DNA of 64,000 nt from Terriglobia bacterium. GTDB lineage: Bacteria; Acidobacteriota; Terriglobia; 20CM-2-55-15. Shown here piece by piece: positions 10,436-20,652 of this stretch. The notes under the pieces are model-generated. The model worked only from the letters and a program-made list of their open reading frames with translations. It was not told where the DNA came from and searched no databases. The stretch covers positions 64,001-128,000 of the forward strand of contig CBDAOY010000008.1 in the NCBI GenBank assembly GCA_965198225.1. The letters are read 5' to 3'. Both the position numbers and the translations under genes were made by a program. Position 1 is the stretch's first letter. The number at the start of each line of letters is the position of its first letter.

Positions 10436-11080
10436 ATGCTTATCCTGCTGATCACCATGCTCTGGTCGGCCCCGATCATGCCTCAGGCCGCACAGGAAGT
10501 CGCTGCCGCGGTGCCGGACCCGGCGTCTAATTTCGCCATGAGAGCCCGCCCGAACTTGCTCTTTGGCCAAGGCGCCCAAAGCCGCCACGACTTCTACGAC
10601 GTCGTTATCACCCAGCGACCTGTCGAAGGCGTGTTGATCAAGCTCCCCTACACGAGAAAGGGTGGCAAGCTGACCTTCGACTTGCATCACCGCATTGCCA
10701 TGTCGGACGATTTCGGACTTCCCGCCGAGGTCATGACCGTCGTCGAACTGGTCACCGGCGGGACGAACCGACTCGGCAGCTACACGCTGCTCGACATGAT
10801 CAACGAGGGCGACAAGTTCGTAGAGGGGATCGAACGGACCAGTGATGCCGACATCGACAGGTTCGTCATGCCGATGGCGCGCAAGTCCATCACGATCAAG
10901 ACCCAGCCTGGTCCGCAGTCGATCAGCGTCATCGGTCGCGAAATGGTAATCACGCGCGGAGCCTCCGCCACGAGAGTCGACACGCCGGGCACCCGCATTG
11001 CAATGGTTTCCAACATCAGGTTCGAAGCCGTCAACGAAACCAACCCCCTCAAGAAGAGCGGCCCCGGCCCAGGAAACTAG
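10436..11080 (+). CDS. Hypothetical exported protein
   Basis: N-terminal signal-like hydrophobic segment, GGGAG RBS; its stop TAG is part of the CTAG flanking the IS5 end. Confidence 0.65.
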   Translation: MLILLITMLWSAPIMPQAAQEVAAAVPDPASNFAMRARPNLLFGQGAQSRHDFYDVVITQRPVEGVLIKLPYTRKGGKLTFDLHHRIAMSDDFGLPAEVMTVVELVTGGTNRLGSYTLLDMINEGDKFVEGIERTSDADIDRFVMPMARKSITIKTQPGPQSISVIGREMVITRGASATRVDTPGTRIAMVSNIRFEAVNETNPLKKSGPGPGN

Positions 11081-11185
11081 GGCGTGTTAACACTAACGTA
11101 GCGCCTCGACGATGAGAGCGAAGTGAAGGAAGGCGAGGAACATGACGTCGAGTTTATCGAAACGGGAGAAGATACGCCGGAAACC
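11081..11185 (-). mobile_element. IS5-family terminal remnant (105 bp, near-identical to 20750-20854)
   Basis: CTAG|GGCGTGTTAACACTAA... matches the end of the complete IS at 20750. Confidence 0.92.
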
Positions 11186-11552
11186 TCATCCCGCCTCGGC
11201 CGCCAGCCTCGAAGAAGGTTTCGACGAGCTGTTCACCATCAATCGGCTCGAGCTCTCGTCTTCGCTACGATTCTGCCTGGGGACGACGAACATCATCGAC
11301 AGTTCCCACTCCGGAATCCGTATCCGAACCCGTCGGGTCGGTCGATGGCGGAACGGCCAGATGGTGCTACGATGGGCCGCCTCGGCTTTCTTGGCTACCG
11401 AAAAGGGCTTCCGGCGAATCCACGGCTATCGTGATCTCTCGATGCTTCAGGCCAAGCTCAATGACGCGGTCACCGGCGACGACAAATCCAAGGTGGCTTA
11501 ACTGATGACCCGAACCGCCATCGAAAGTTTCAACTACGTTCGGGACAGCTTC
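11186..11552 (+). mobile_element. IS256-family transposase C-terminal fragment with right end
   Basis: HPASAASLEEGFDELFTINRL...TTNIIDS...RWAASAFLATEKGFRRIHGY; followed by AAGTTTCAAC...CGGGAC terminal-like sequence. Confidence 0.82.
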
Positions 11553-11900
11553 GTCCCGGAGCCGACCATGTGTTTCCTGGCTTTACGAATCTCAATAGGG
11601 GTCACTCCTCCATTGGTCGAAAATTGCACGTTAAGGAGTGCAGCGGGCTGTCCTGCCGGTCGATAAACTATCGTTTTCGGACATATCCATGTCACATGCC
11701 TAAACCCATGACACTAAGGGGCGCTTCACCCCTCGATTCCAGGGGTTTTTTGGGCCGGGGGCAAAAGCGCTTCGCGTCGGGCTCTACGCCCGCGTCTCAA
11801 CCTACGACAAGAAGACACTACCCATGCAGCTGTTTGCGATGCGGGACTTCTATCAACTCAGCGCCGGTTTCGGCCGTACGCTCAACAACCGACCACCTCA

Positions 11901-12444
11901 ATGAGCAAGTTACTGTACTTTGCCTATGGTTCGAATATGCTGACGGAGCGGCTTCGCAGAAAGGTGTCCGTCAGCGTGCCCGGTTGTAGCCGCATATGTC
12001 GACGATTTTGTTTTGGAGTTTTCAAAGAAAAGCAAGGACGGTTCAGGCAAGGCGACTCTCGTGCAGTCACGAGGGCAGCGTCAGGACGGTGTTCTTTTCG
12101 AGATAAAGACCTGCGAGCGGGAAAATCTGGACCTCGCCGAAGGGGTCGGATTCGGCTATGATCGAGATGACAGCTTCAGTGTGATATTGGCTGATACAGG
12201 CGTTTCCAAGACCGTTATAACCTACATCGCGCCCGTCCAGCATCCATGTTTGAAGCCATTCGACTGGTATCTGGCACTCGTCGTTGCTGGCGCCAAGCAG
12301 CATAACCTCCCCGAGAAAATCATCGCTTCTTACCGGGATACCGAATTCCGTGAGGACGAAAAGGAGGAGCGTAAACTAGAAGCGCGGAAGGTGCTTAAAG
12401 AGGCAGGATGGGGAAGCGTCGAGCAGGTATTGGAACTGAATTGA
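11901..12444 (+). pseudogene. Gamma-glutamylcyclotransferase-family gene, frameshifted
   Basis: LYFAYGSNM in one frame; FSKKSKDGSGKAT...GVLFEI...LDLAEG...YLALVVAGA in another frame from ~12013. Confidence 0.8.
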
Positions 12445-12536
12445 AAGCATCAATCATTACGGGAACATATTAGCCTCCTTGGTCGATATGATCCGACAGC
12501 CGCCATGAGACCAACGGAGAGGAATGGGAGGTAGGC

Positions 12537-14009
12537 ATGGGCATCTTAATCGCACAGTTTGTGGCTGATCGTCTCCCCCGAATTTCCGGCTGGGTGAAGC
12601 TAACCGCAATCGCCGGGCTGCTCTTGATCTTTGCGGCTCTGCAGTCCACGCCCGCCCCGCGCGCTCCCCAAGCGGGAACCGAACCCCTGGGGTGCGCGGA
12701 TAAATCCATTGTCGCCAGCGCGGTAAGCACAACGGAGGACGTTCAAGCGTTCGTCCAATGCGCCTATGAGTATGTCCAGGAAATGGGATTTGAGGAGGCC
12801 CGGCGGGCCTTTCACGAGGATACGCGTTGGAAGAGCGGAGCCATCTATGTCTTCGTCTCCGAAGCGACCCCGATGAGCGATCAGGCGCGACTGTTCGTTT
12901 GGGCGCCCGCTCCTCCAAGGGTAGGATCCTCGCTAGGACTCCTCATCGACGCCTTCGGCAACGACTACTACAAGGAACAGCATCGTATCGTGAGCGGCTT
13001 CGGTGAGGGCTGGCTCTATTACTCGTTCCCAAACCCCGCAACGGGCCGGGAGGAGCCGAAGGCGACCTACATCAAGGGCATCGACTGGGAGGGAAACCTG
13101 GCCGCGATCGGGGCGGGGGTCTACCGCCGTGACCTTCCCGTCACCTGCGAGGCGGAAGAAGTCCACGCCATGGGGCTTGAGGCTGCACCTTCCGTTGAGA
13201 GGTTGAAGGTGTTTGTCCGCTGCGCGGCAATGAAGCTGGAATCGAAAGGGTACTTTGCCACTCGTGCGCTGTCTACCGATCCACGTTGGAACAGTGGTTC
13301 GATCTACCTGTTCGGCCTGGATACCTACGGCTACACGTTATTCAGCGGCGATCCCGACAGCCAGACGCATGGCATCTTTTCCCCAGCTTCCGAGTTGAAC
13401 GCCCATCCGGACGGCCCCTTCGGGGGTCGGGATGTGGTGAGCGTTGCGGACGCTTTCGGGGAAACCTTACTGTACTACTCGACGCGCAATCCCTCTACCG
13501 GAATGCCGCAGAGCAAGGTGGCTTTCGTCAAGAGGGTCGTGACCAATGGTCTGCCGGTTCTGGTCGGCTCCGGCTATTATGAGCCCCTGTCGCTGCCGGC
13601 GCCGGACGCGCAATCGGTCTGGAGCTATCTCCAAAGCGCGACGTACACGGACTGGCCGCTGTTTCCCGAAACGAGCCGCTTCCAACCGGGGATGTCGCCC
13701 CATGGCGCCCTGCTCATCACCTACGTCAACGATACCGCGCGGAACGCATTGACGCGCGGAACAGGCCCGATTGCTCCTGGCCCGCTGCCGGCCGGCTCGA
13801 TCATCGTCAAGGAGAACTACATGCCGGATCGCACGCTGGCTGCGGTGACGGTCATGTACAAGAGCGCCGGCTACAACCCGGAACACGGGGACTGGTACTG
13901 GCTGAAGCGCGCAGCGAACGGAAACGTGGACGCTGAGGGCAAGATCGAAGGATGCCAGAACTGTCACAGCGCCGCCGCGCGCGACTACGTGCTGACGGAG
14001 GTCCAGTAG
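12537..14009 (+). CDS. Exported tandem single-Cache domain protein fused to a C-terminal cytochrome P460-family domain
   Basis: Two repeats of (R)W.SG.IY.F...D.FG...YY...NP.TG...K..(F/Y).K...G.G.Y; C-terminal HG..TYVN, LPAGSIIVKENY, VMYK, GDWYW, CQNCH, DYV. Confidence 0.82.
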   Translation: MGILIAQFVADRLPRISGWVKLTAIAGLLLIFAALQSTPAPRAPQAGTEPLGCADKSIVASAVSTTEDVQAFVQCAYEYVQEMGFEEARRAFHEDTRWKSGAIYVFVSEATPMSDQARLFVWAPAPPRVGSSLGLLIDAFGNDYYKEQHRIVSGFGEGWLYYSFPNPATGREEPKATYIKGIDWEGNLAAIGAGVYRRDLPVTCEAEEVHAMGLEAAPSVERLKVFVRCAAMKLESKGYFATRALSTDPRWNSGSIYLFGLDTYGYTLFSGDPDSQTHGIFSPASELNAHPDGPFGGRDVVSVADAFGETLLYYSTRNPSTGMPQSKVAFVKRVVTNGLPVLVGSGYYEPLSLPAPDAQSVWSYLQSATYTDWPLFPETSRFQPGMSPHGALLITYVNDTARNALTRGTGPIAPGPLPAGSIIVKENYMPDRTLAAVTVMYKSAGYNPEHGDWYWLKRAANGNVDAEGKIEGCQNCHSAAARDYVLTEVQ

Positions 14010-14204
14010 CGGGCTGTCCGGATGAGGCCGCGACCGGGTTGGTGCGACTCCGGTACTGGGACAGGTCCGGAGTCGCTCAGAATCGGCGTTCGGCCCTTCC
14101 CAGGCACTGGCGAGTTGAACGCGTCCGGGCGTCAGACAATTGGCTTTTCAGGTCGATCGGCCCGCTGCTTATGGCCACCGCTTTACCGCTAGGTTCCCTG
14201 CTAC

Positions 14205-14444
14205 TCATTCCAACCATTTGCGGCGCGGTCGATTCTTTAGCCGGTTGATCAACCAGCTTGCGCCCTCGACGGTCGACGGTTCGATATCGGCCAAATCATC
14301 CGCGTTGCGTTCCTTCTTGAGCCGCGCGATATGGGCCAGTTGCTTTTGAGTCGGGGGACTTGGCCCGGTACTCCGAAAGAACCACGCCAGCGAACCGACA
14401 ACGGCCACGACGAACACGACAGCCAGGAAGATCAGAAGTCCCAT
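14205..14444 (-). CDS. Small membrane-anchored hypothetical protein
   Basis: N-terminal TM helix then PPTQKQLAHIARL...ASWLINRL. Confidence 0.5.
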   Translation of the reverse strand: MGLLIFLAVVFVVAVVGSLAWFFRSTGPSPPTQKQLAHIARLKKERNADDLADIEPSTVEGASWLINRLKNRPRRKWLE

Positions 14445-14631
14445 AATTTACTCGCCCGCAGCCTTTGTTTCGGCCCCGGAATCTCGCCCTGGATCGCGTT
14501 TCAGAGGCGTCCCCAGAGGTGGAGAGCCCCGCTGACTGAAACAACCGCCTTCGCGAAGCGTTGCAACAGGCTTCTATCACAGCTTCATGGCTAAACACCG
14601 CTCGCTCGGCACGGTTGAGCGCCGCCCGTTA

Positions 14632-15436
14632 GTGCGCCAAGCGAAGCTTGGCGCTTCTTGCAGGGTGCGAGTCCCTGCGGAGAAAGGGTTAACTACCCAC
14701 TCCTACTGAGTGTTGCAACTGCGACTGCGGAGGTGAAAGCCGAACAAGTCAGTTGAAGCGTACACAGGGAAGCATGCAGGCCGCAGGAGGGACCGCGACC
14801 TCCAAGGCTTGATACAGCCCCGTCATGGCGTTTGATGCAGACGGCGACGGTGTTAACGGTACCGGAAGCCAACATAGACGAACCGTTGTGGTGAGGTTCG
14901 CGAGGGTCTGCCGGGGTCCACCTTAGAGCGTGGCATGTATGCAGAGAAGCGTCAGGAACTTGGGAGACCCTGCGGTTTCCCGAGCTGAGACGCGATCGGA
15001 AACGACAGATCGCAGGGCATACGGCTAGTGAGCCCACACACGGGGAAACCCAGACCCAGGTAGGCCGGAGCCTAAACGAACTGGACGCCTGATCGACGAC
15101 AGCCACGGGTAGACAGGCTCGACCAAACAAAGAGCCATCGATGATTCGCAGGGAGTCAGATCCGCTCATACTACTCGGAGACGGTAGCGCCGATCACATG
15201 GGGAAGGGGCGGACAGAAGTACGTAGCTGGTACAGGAAACATTGTCCGGCGACGAAGGGCCGGAACAAACAATGCCAACCTCACTGCTGGCGATAGCAAA
15301 GAAGGCTGAGGAAAGGAAACATCCCTTTCTTGGTGCTGGACGCGGAAGCGAGTACTTCTGAGGAGCCCGGTGCCGGAAAACGGCACGCCGGGATCTGCGC
15401 GGGGGCGGTTCGGGCAACTGGCCGTCCTACCGCGAT
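14632..15436 (+). mobile_element. Group II intron with near-complete deletion of the intron-encoded protein
   Basis: 5' GTGCG at 14632; domain V GAGCCCGGTGCCGGAAAACGGCACGCCGGGATCTG at ~15363-15397; domain VI ending ...CTACCGCGAT at 15436; EBS1-like loop TAACGG (14854-14859) is complementary to upstream exon CCGTTA (14626-14631); residual IEP start MPTSLLAIAKKA at 15271. Confidence 0.9.
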
Positions 15437-15484
15437 GATGCACAAAGCTTGTCCCTGCCAAGGAATCGGGCATAGCATGTAACT

Positions 15485-15594
15485 ATGAGTAAGCCCTTGG
15501 TTTCCACGTCGAGCGACGTCATGGGGGGGCCTGTTTTATCCGGAACACGTGTGCCCGTGCAGACCCTCTTCGAGTACTTGGAGCCTGGTCAAAG
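15485..15594 (+). pseudogene. DUF433-family antitoxin N-terminal fragment
   Basis: Manual translation MSKPLVSTSSDVMGGPVLSGTRVPVQTLFEYLEPGQS resembles DUF433 (MGG.PV..GTRVPV..L..YL), then similarity stops. Confidence 0.7.
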
Positions 15595-15756
15595 CCACGT
15601 ACTTCACATCGCCGTCGAGGACGTAGCCGAGCATGCACCCCACGGGTAGATTCTCCGAGTACTGCCCTGTAGTGAAACGAGAGAGTCCATCCATCACGTA
15701 CTTCTTCGCCAGCGACCTCCTGCCGTTGTCGCGGGGTACGTTCAGGCGCTTACCGC
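15594..15756 (-). pseudogene. Fragment of an uncharacterised, possibly nuclease-like protein
   Basis: KRLNV...RSLAKKYVMDGLSRFTTGQYS...GCMLGYVLDGD with no start or stop of its own. Confidence 0.4.
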
Positions 15757-15794
15757 GCCGCATTGTGCTAGGCTGCTCGGGAACGGGGGATCCC

Positions 15795-17351
15795 ATGAAG
15801 GCTACCATCTGTCTGATCGTCACGCTCCTGCTCGCGGCGCCCGCCGCCGCGCAATTCGCCGAGGTCGGGTCGCTCGACTTTCCGACGTCCGCGCGTTCGG
15901 AGGAGGCGCAGCGCCATTTCCTGCGGGGCGTCGCCATCCTGCACAGCTTCGGCTGGAAGCAGGCCATCGAGCAGTTCCAGGCCGCGCAGGCCATCGAGCC
16001 GGACTTCGTTCTCGCGTACTGGGGCGAGACGCTAAGCTACAACCACCCGCTGTTCGGCGGCGGGCCCGGCCTCGACGAGGAGAATCCCCGCGCGGTGCTC
16101 GCGCGGCTCGGTCCGACGCCGTCGGCGCGGGCCGCCAAGGCACCGACCGATCGCGAGAGGGGCTTCCTCGAAGCGGTCGAGGTCCTGTGGAGCGACGAGG
16201 GAATCTACAACGAGCGGCGGGTCGGCTACATGGAGGCGATGGAGCGGCTCTACGAGCGCTACCCCGACGACGACGAGGTGGCGACGTTCTACGCGCTCTC
16301 GATGCTGTCCGGATCCCGTGCACTCGGCGATCAGTCGTTGCGGCTTGAGGTGCGGGCCGGCACGATCGCGATGAAGGTGTTCAACGAGAACCGCGACCAT
16401 CCCGGAGCGGTGCACTACACCATTCACGCCTTCGACGATCCGATCCATGCCCCGCTGGCACTCGACGCGGCCCACCGCTACGCCGAGATAGCACCGGCGG
16501 TCTCGCACGCGCGGCACATGCCGACGCACATTTTCATCCAGCACGGCATGTGGGACCTCGTCTCGCAGCACAACCAGTTGGCGCACGACGCGGCCATCGC
16601 TCTGTGGGAGCCCGACGACAGCGTCAGCGACGCGGTCCATTCGCTCGACTGGGGTCAGTACGGCGATCTGCAGCGCGGGGACTACGACAAGGCCCGAGTC
16701 TGGATCGAAAGGCTGGAACGGCTCATCGCCGACAGCGACGGGCAGGCGCGAGCCGTCAGCGCGCTGCCCTTGGTCAACGCCCGCTACGTGGTGGAGACCG
16801 AGCAGTGGCGCGTCGAGCCGATCACGGACGACTCGTCGATGCACGAGCTGCTGGCCACGGGCCTGAGCGCGGTCCGCAGCGGCGACCTGGCCACGGCGCG
16901 CGAGGCCGAGGCGGCGCGGGCGGCGCGGGCCGAGAACGGGGGCGCACAAGATCGCATCGCCCACAAGGAGGTCACCGCCTCGATTCAGGCGGCCGAAGGC
17001 GAGGCCGAGGCGGCGATCGCCTCGATGGACGAGGCTATCGCCATCGTCGAGACGCTGCGTCTGCCGAACGGCGCGGCTAGCCCAGTCAAGCCGCCGTACG
17101 AGCTGTACGGCGAGATCCTGCTGCAGCTCGGGCGCTACGACGACGCGCTCGAGAAGTTCGAGACCTCGCTGCTCCGCATGACGAACCGTATGCGTTCGCT
17201 GCTCGGCGCGGCCCGCGCTGCCGCGGCCGTCGGGGATCGCGCCACCGCCCGCGAGCGCTACGCGACGCTCGCCGACTTCTGGATTGGCGCGGCCGACGAT
17301 CCGGGCTACGCCGAGGCGCGTGAGTTCATCGCCTCGACGAACGACAACTGA
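15795..17351 (+). CDS. Secreted TPR-repeat protein
   Basis: Signal peptide MKATICLIVTLLLAAPAAAQ; HFLRGVAILHSF, HPGAVHYTIHAFD, HARHMPTHIF; C-terminal TPRs; visibly GC-richer than its neighbours. Confidence 0.85.
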   Translation: MKATICLIVTLLLAAPAAAQFAEVGSLDFPTSARSEEAQRHFLRGVAILHSFGWKQAIEQFQAAQAIEPDFVLAYWGETLSYNHPLFGGGPGLDEENPRAVLARLGPTPSARAAKAPTDRERGFLEAVEVLWSDEGIYNERRVGYMEAMERLYERYPDDDEVATFYALSMLSGSRALGDQSLRLEVRAGTIAMKVFNENRDHPGAVHYTIHAFDDPIHAPLALDAAHRYAEIAPAVSHARHMPTHIFIQHGMWDLVSQHNQLAHDAAIALWEPDDSVSDAVHSLDWGQYGDLQRGDYDKARVWIERLERLIADSDGQARAVSALPLVNARYVVETEQWRVEPITDDSSMHELLATGLSAVRSGDLATAREAEAARAARAENGGAQDRIAHKEVTASIQAAEGEAEAAIASMDEAIAIVETLRLPNGAASPVKPPYELYGEILLQLGRYDDALEKFETSLLRMTNRMRSLLGAARAAAAVGDRATARERYATLADFWIGAADDPGYAEAREFIASTNDN

Positions 17352-17516
17352 CGTAGCCCGGAGCCCGTCGCGCCTTGCGGTCACGGGCTCCTGATCTTGC
17401 AGCGAAGCCGGCTTCGCGCCTCGTGCGCGGGGCCGGCAGACTAGTCTCGGCCCCCCTGACCTGCCTCAGCCCGAGACACCTCTAGGGCCAGTCGTGCCAC
17501 ATTCACAGCATCGAAC

Positions 17517-17799
17517 GTGAAGCTAGCCACTGAAGCGCACCACCACCGTGTCGCCGAAGCTGGCAAGCTGCAGCTCGAACGCGCCCTCGGCATCCGTCTG
17601 CCCGAGCGGGTGGCGACGCGCAAGAAGCGATTGGCCACGATCCAGGCGGCAATGAAGCGGCTCGAAGAGCGTCGGCTGCGGACCAGGAAGCGGGACGGGA
17701 ATCCGGAGACGACAAACCGGGCAGCGGAAAGAAAGGCCAGCCGTTCAAACGCCCCATGGGTGAGCCCAAGCCAAAAGCCCAGGACAACTTCACCGACCG
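17517..17799 (+). mobile_element. IS1182-like transposase fragment (frameshifted)
   Basis: RKKRLATIQAAMKRLEER followed in another frame by GQPFKRPMGEPKPKAQDNFTD. Confidence 0.6.
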
Positions 17800-18828
17800 C
17801 TCTACATCTTTTCGGGAGAGCATCTGCTATGCGCCCGGTTGCGGTGCTCCAATGTCGACGGTGCGGACGGCGCCGTCGAGGAATTGAACCGCATCATCGG
17901 CCAGATCCGGCAGAGCTGGCCGGAGGTGTCGATTATCATCCGGGCCGACTCGGGCTTTTGCCGGGATGAATTGCTGAGTTGGTGCGAGGCCCACCAGGTC
18001 GATTACGTGGTGGGTCTGGCCAAGAACGATCGGCTCAAGCGCGAGATCGCTGAATCGATGAGTCAGGCCGAAGCCGAGTTTAACGACACCGGGAAACCGG
18101 CGCGGGTGTTTAACGATTTCCGGTATCGCACTCGGAAGAGCTGGACCTGCGAACGACGCGTCATCGGCAAGGCCGAGTTCCTGGAGAAAGGCGCCAATCC
18201 TCGATTCGTTGTGACCTCACTGTCGCCGGAACGCCTGGACGCCCGCGCCCTCTATGAAGACTTTTACTGTGCGCGGGGCGACATGGAAAATCGCATCAAG
18301 GAACAGCAGTTGGATCTATTCGCCGACCGGACCAGCGCGGCAACCATGCGCGCCAATCAACTCCGGCTCTATCTGTCCTCGGCCGCCTACATGCTCCTGC
18401 ACGCGTTACGCCGTCTGGGACTGAAGAATACCGATCTGGCCCGCGCTCAGTGCCAGACGATCCGCTTGAAGCTCCTCAAGATCGGAGCTCAAGTCCGTCT
18501 GACGGTTCGCAACATCTGGATCTCCATGTCGGAAGCCTATCCCTACGCCGAGGTCTTTGCCCTCGTCCATCGAAACCTGCAGGCGCTTCCTCTGCGCTGC
18601 TGAGAACCGACCCGATCCCCTGCGCCAAAATCGACTCGCTCTTTTCGGCTCCGTCGAGGTTTGTCTCAGTGCGTTTCGTCACCCTCTTCTGAACCCGAAA
18701 ACGCAGCAACTCCCGCTTGTCGACACCGCCGAGTCACGCCACACATGCCCAATTCGAACCCAGATCCTCCCGAATCCGATTCTTACTGCCCAAATCCCCC
18801 TGATCGCCGGACTGGTGAAACATGCGGG
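17800..18828 (+). mobile_element. IS1380-family element, 5'-truncated (transposase C-terminal half ends at 18603)
   Basis: HLLCARLR.SN.DGA, IRADSGFCR, GLAKN, NPRFVVTSL, YCARGDMENRIKEQQ, ANQLRL; right-end-like GTGAAACATGCGGG at 18815-18828 followed by CTAG. Confidence 0.88.
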
Positions 18829-19015
18829 CTAGTAGGGGTTACGATAGCAACGGTGCAAAATCCAACGCTATGGGCTGCTGGACCTGAAGCGATCAGGCAG
18901 TGTCCGACTTGAAGGGTTCGTTGAAATGATTGGGCTGTGTCGTGATTCTTTGGGGTTTCTGTGAGCCCCAGAGTGCCCGATTTGATTGACCGATGAAATC
19001 GTACATAATGGCCGG

Positions 19016-19550
19016 GTGAACCTCCGAGCCATCGCCGTCTACCTCCGGGTATCCACGAGCCGTCAAGACCTCCGATCTCAGGAGCCCGAACTCCAGAGTT
19101 GGCTTCAGACCCACGCCGCTGACCGCCCTGTCGTCTGGTATTGAGATCGGCATACCGGTCGCTCCCTAGACCGTCCAGCTCTTGGGCGGCTCGAACGGGA
19201 CATCATCGCCGGCAAGGTAGGAACTGTCGTCGTCTGGCGCAACGACCGGATGGGTCGGCGCGCCCGCCAGCTACTGGTCTTCCTTGAGGACCTGGACGAG
19301 CGCAAGATCGACTACATCTCGGTACGAGACGGGCATCTGACGGGCGACAGTGCTTCAGCCAAGATATTCCGCCATATGCTGGTCGGCATGGCCGAGTATG
19401 AGAGTAACCTGATCTCGGAGCGTACCCGTGCGGGCCTGGCCGCAAAAAAGGCTCGGGGTGAGACGTGGGGCGGGCGAAAGAAGGGGCAGCGCTACCGGCT
19501 GACGCCGGAGAAGCTCCAGGCAGTCAAGGGACTCCTCGCCGAGGGGCTCT
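19016..19550 (+). pseudogene. Serine recombinase (resolvase) pseudogene
   Basis: GTG start, AVYLRVST...DRPAL...VVVWRNDRMGR...ISERTRAGL; in-frame TGA at 19142-19144; HTH end cut off by the Tn3-type IR at 19551. Confidence 0.85.
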
Positions 19551-19610
19551 GGGTGCAATTAAACAAAGGTACCAAATCCGTCATAGAAATCGGTCCGAAT
19601 TGCGAGGCTA

Positions 19611-20277
19611 CTAGGCACTCAGGTCGAGGGCTGGAAGCAGGAGCGGGGCACCTGGGTCAAATATCGGAATACGGTCCTTTCGCTGACAGCGAGTGCATTG
19701 ACGATCTCCGGGATCGTCAATCCTTGTTTTCTGAGCTGGGCCGCCCGGGTGGGCTTTGATTTGGTGGTCCCTTTCTGCCTGCCGCGATAGATCCCTTGAG
19801 TTTTGGCCACAGCGATTCCTGCGTGTTGACGCTCTCGGCGATACTCCAGTTCGATTTCTGCCAACCCGAACATGACGCTGGCTACCATCCGGCCCACCGG
19901 GACCGCTGAGGTCAATCTGTTGGGTGATCGAAACAACGCGCACGCCGCGCTCGCCCCAATCGGCGATCCGATTGATGCCGTCTTGAAGTCGACGCGAGAT
20001 TCGGTCGAGTTTCCAGACGATGACCGTCTTGATCGTGCCGTCGAATATCGCTTTTTCCATCTGTTCGAAAGCGACACGGTGGACAGTCTGTCCCGTTTCT
20101 TTGTCCTCGAACCAGGTCACCCTGGATGGGGAAATCCCGTGGGCTCGGAGCCACCGCGTGATTTCGGCCTTTTGGCTGTCGGTCTTCTGTCGCCGGGATG
20201 AGACGCGACAGTAGTTGCCGTAGTAGCCGTGAAAGAACCGTTTTGGCTGTCGGTCTTCTGTCGCAGCATGCGATCAT
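19611..20277 (-). pseudogene. Resolvase (TnpR-like) of the mini-transposon, frameshifted
   Basis: YCRVSS.RQKTDSQ, WFEDKETG, IVWKLDRISR, ERQHAGIAVAK..G.YRGR and a C-terminal HTH, spread over several frames; 24 bp duplication near the 5' end. Confidence 0.82.
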
Positions 20278-20476
20278 AACGACACTGCCCTTTCCAATGG
20301 GTTGAGGTGGTATCTCATACTGCCAAGTAGAGTATGGTCTAGTTGGCAGTAATCTCGAGCTGCTGAAAGCCCGGTTTTTCGCACTCAGTGTCGGCAGAAA
20401 TCTCTGGAAACCCTATTTGTCACCCTCAGACTGCCGAAACAGGATTCCCCCTGGCGCGTGCTCGGGTGGGTAGGGA

Positions 20477-20652
20477 ATGCCACGGATGAGCATTCTAACT
20501 GCGAACGAGAAGGAAGCCCTCGAGTCGCCTCCGGATCGGTCGTTGCCCGGCATCACATCAACCTGCACGGCAAGTACGATTTCGCGGCCGAGAAGCTGCA
20601 AGATTCGGTCGGTCTGGAGGTGCCCAAAATCCGTCAGCTCGAGGTGGGTTGA
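20477..20652 (+). pseudogene. Tn3-family transposase reduced to fused N- and C-termini
   Basis: MPRMSILTANEKEALESPP joined directly to GSVVARHHINLHGKYDFAAEKLQDSVGL. Confidence 0.75.

Noticed and set aside
11553-11900. 140 aa ORF 11570-11989 and GC-rich hairpins at ~11716-11790
   Set aside because: No protein motif and no second copy or recognisable RNA/IS end; cannot be supported
14693-15478. Several minus-strand ORFs of 65-158 aa
   Set aside because: They lie antisense to the group II intron RNA and have no protein motifs
19142-19144. In-frame TGA in a resolvase as possible selenocysteine or readthrough
   Set aside because: The gene is also truncated by a transposon, and a CGA-to-TGA nonsense mutation is the simpler explanation
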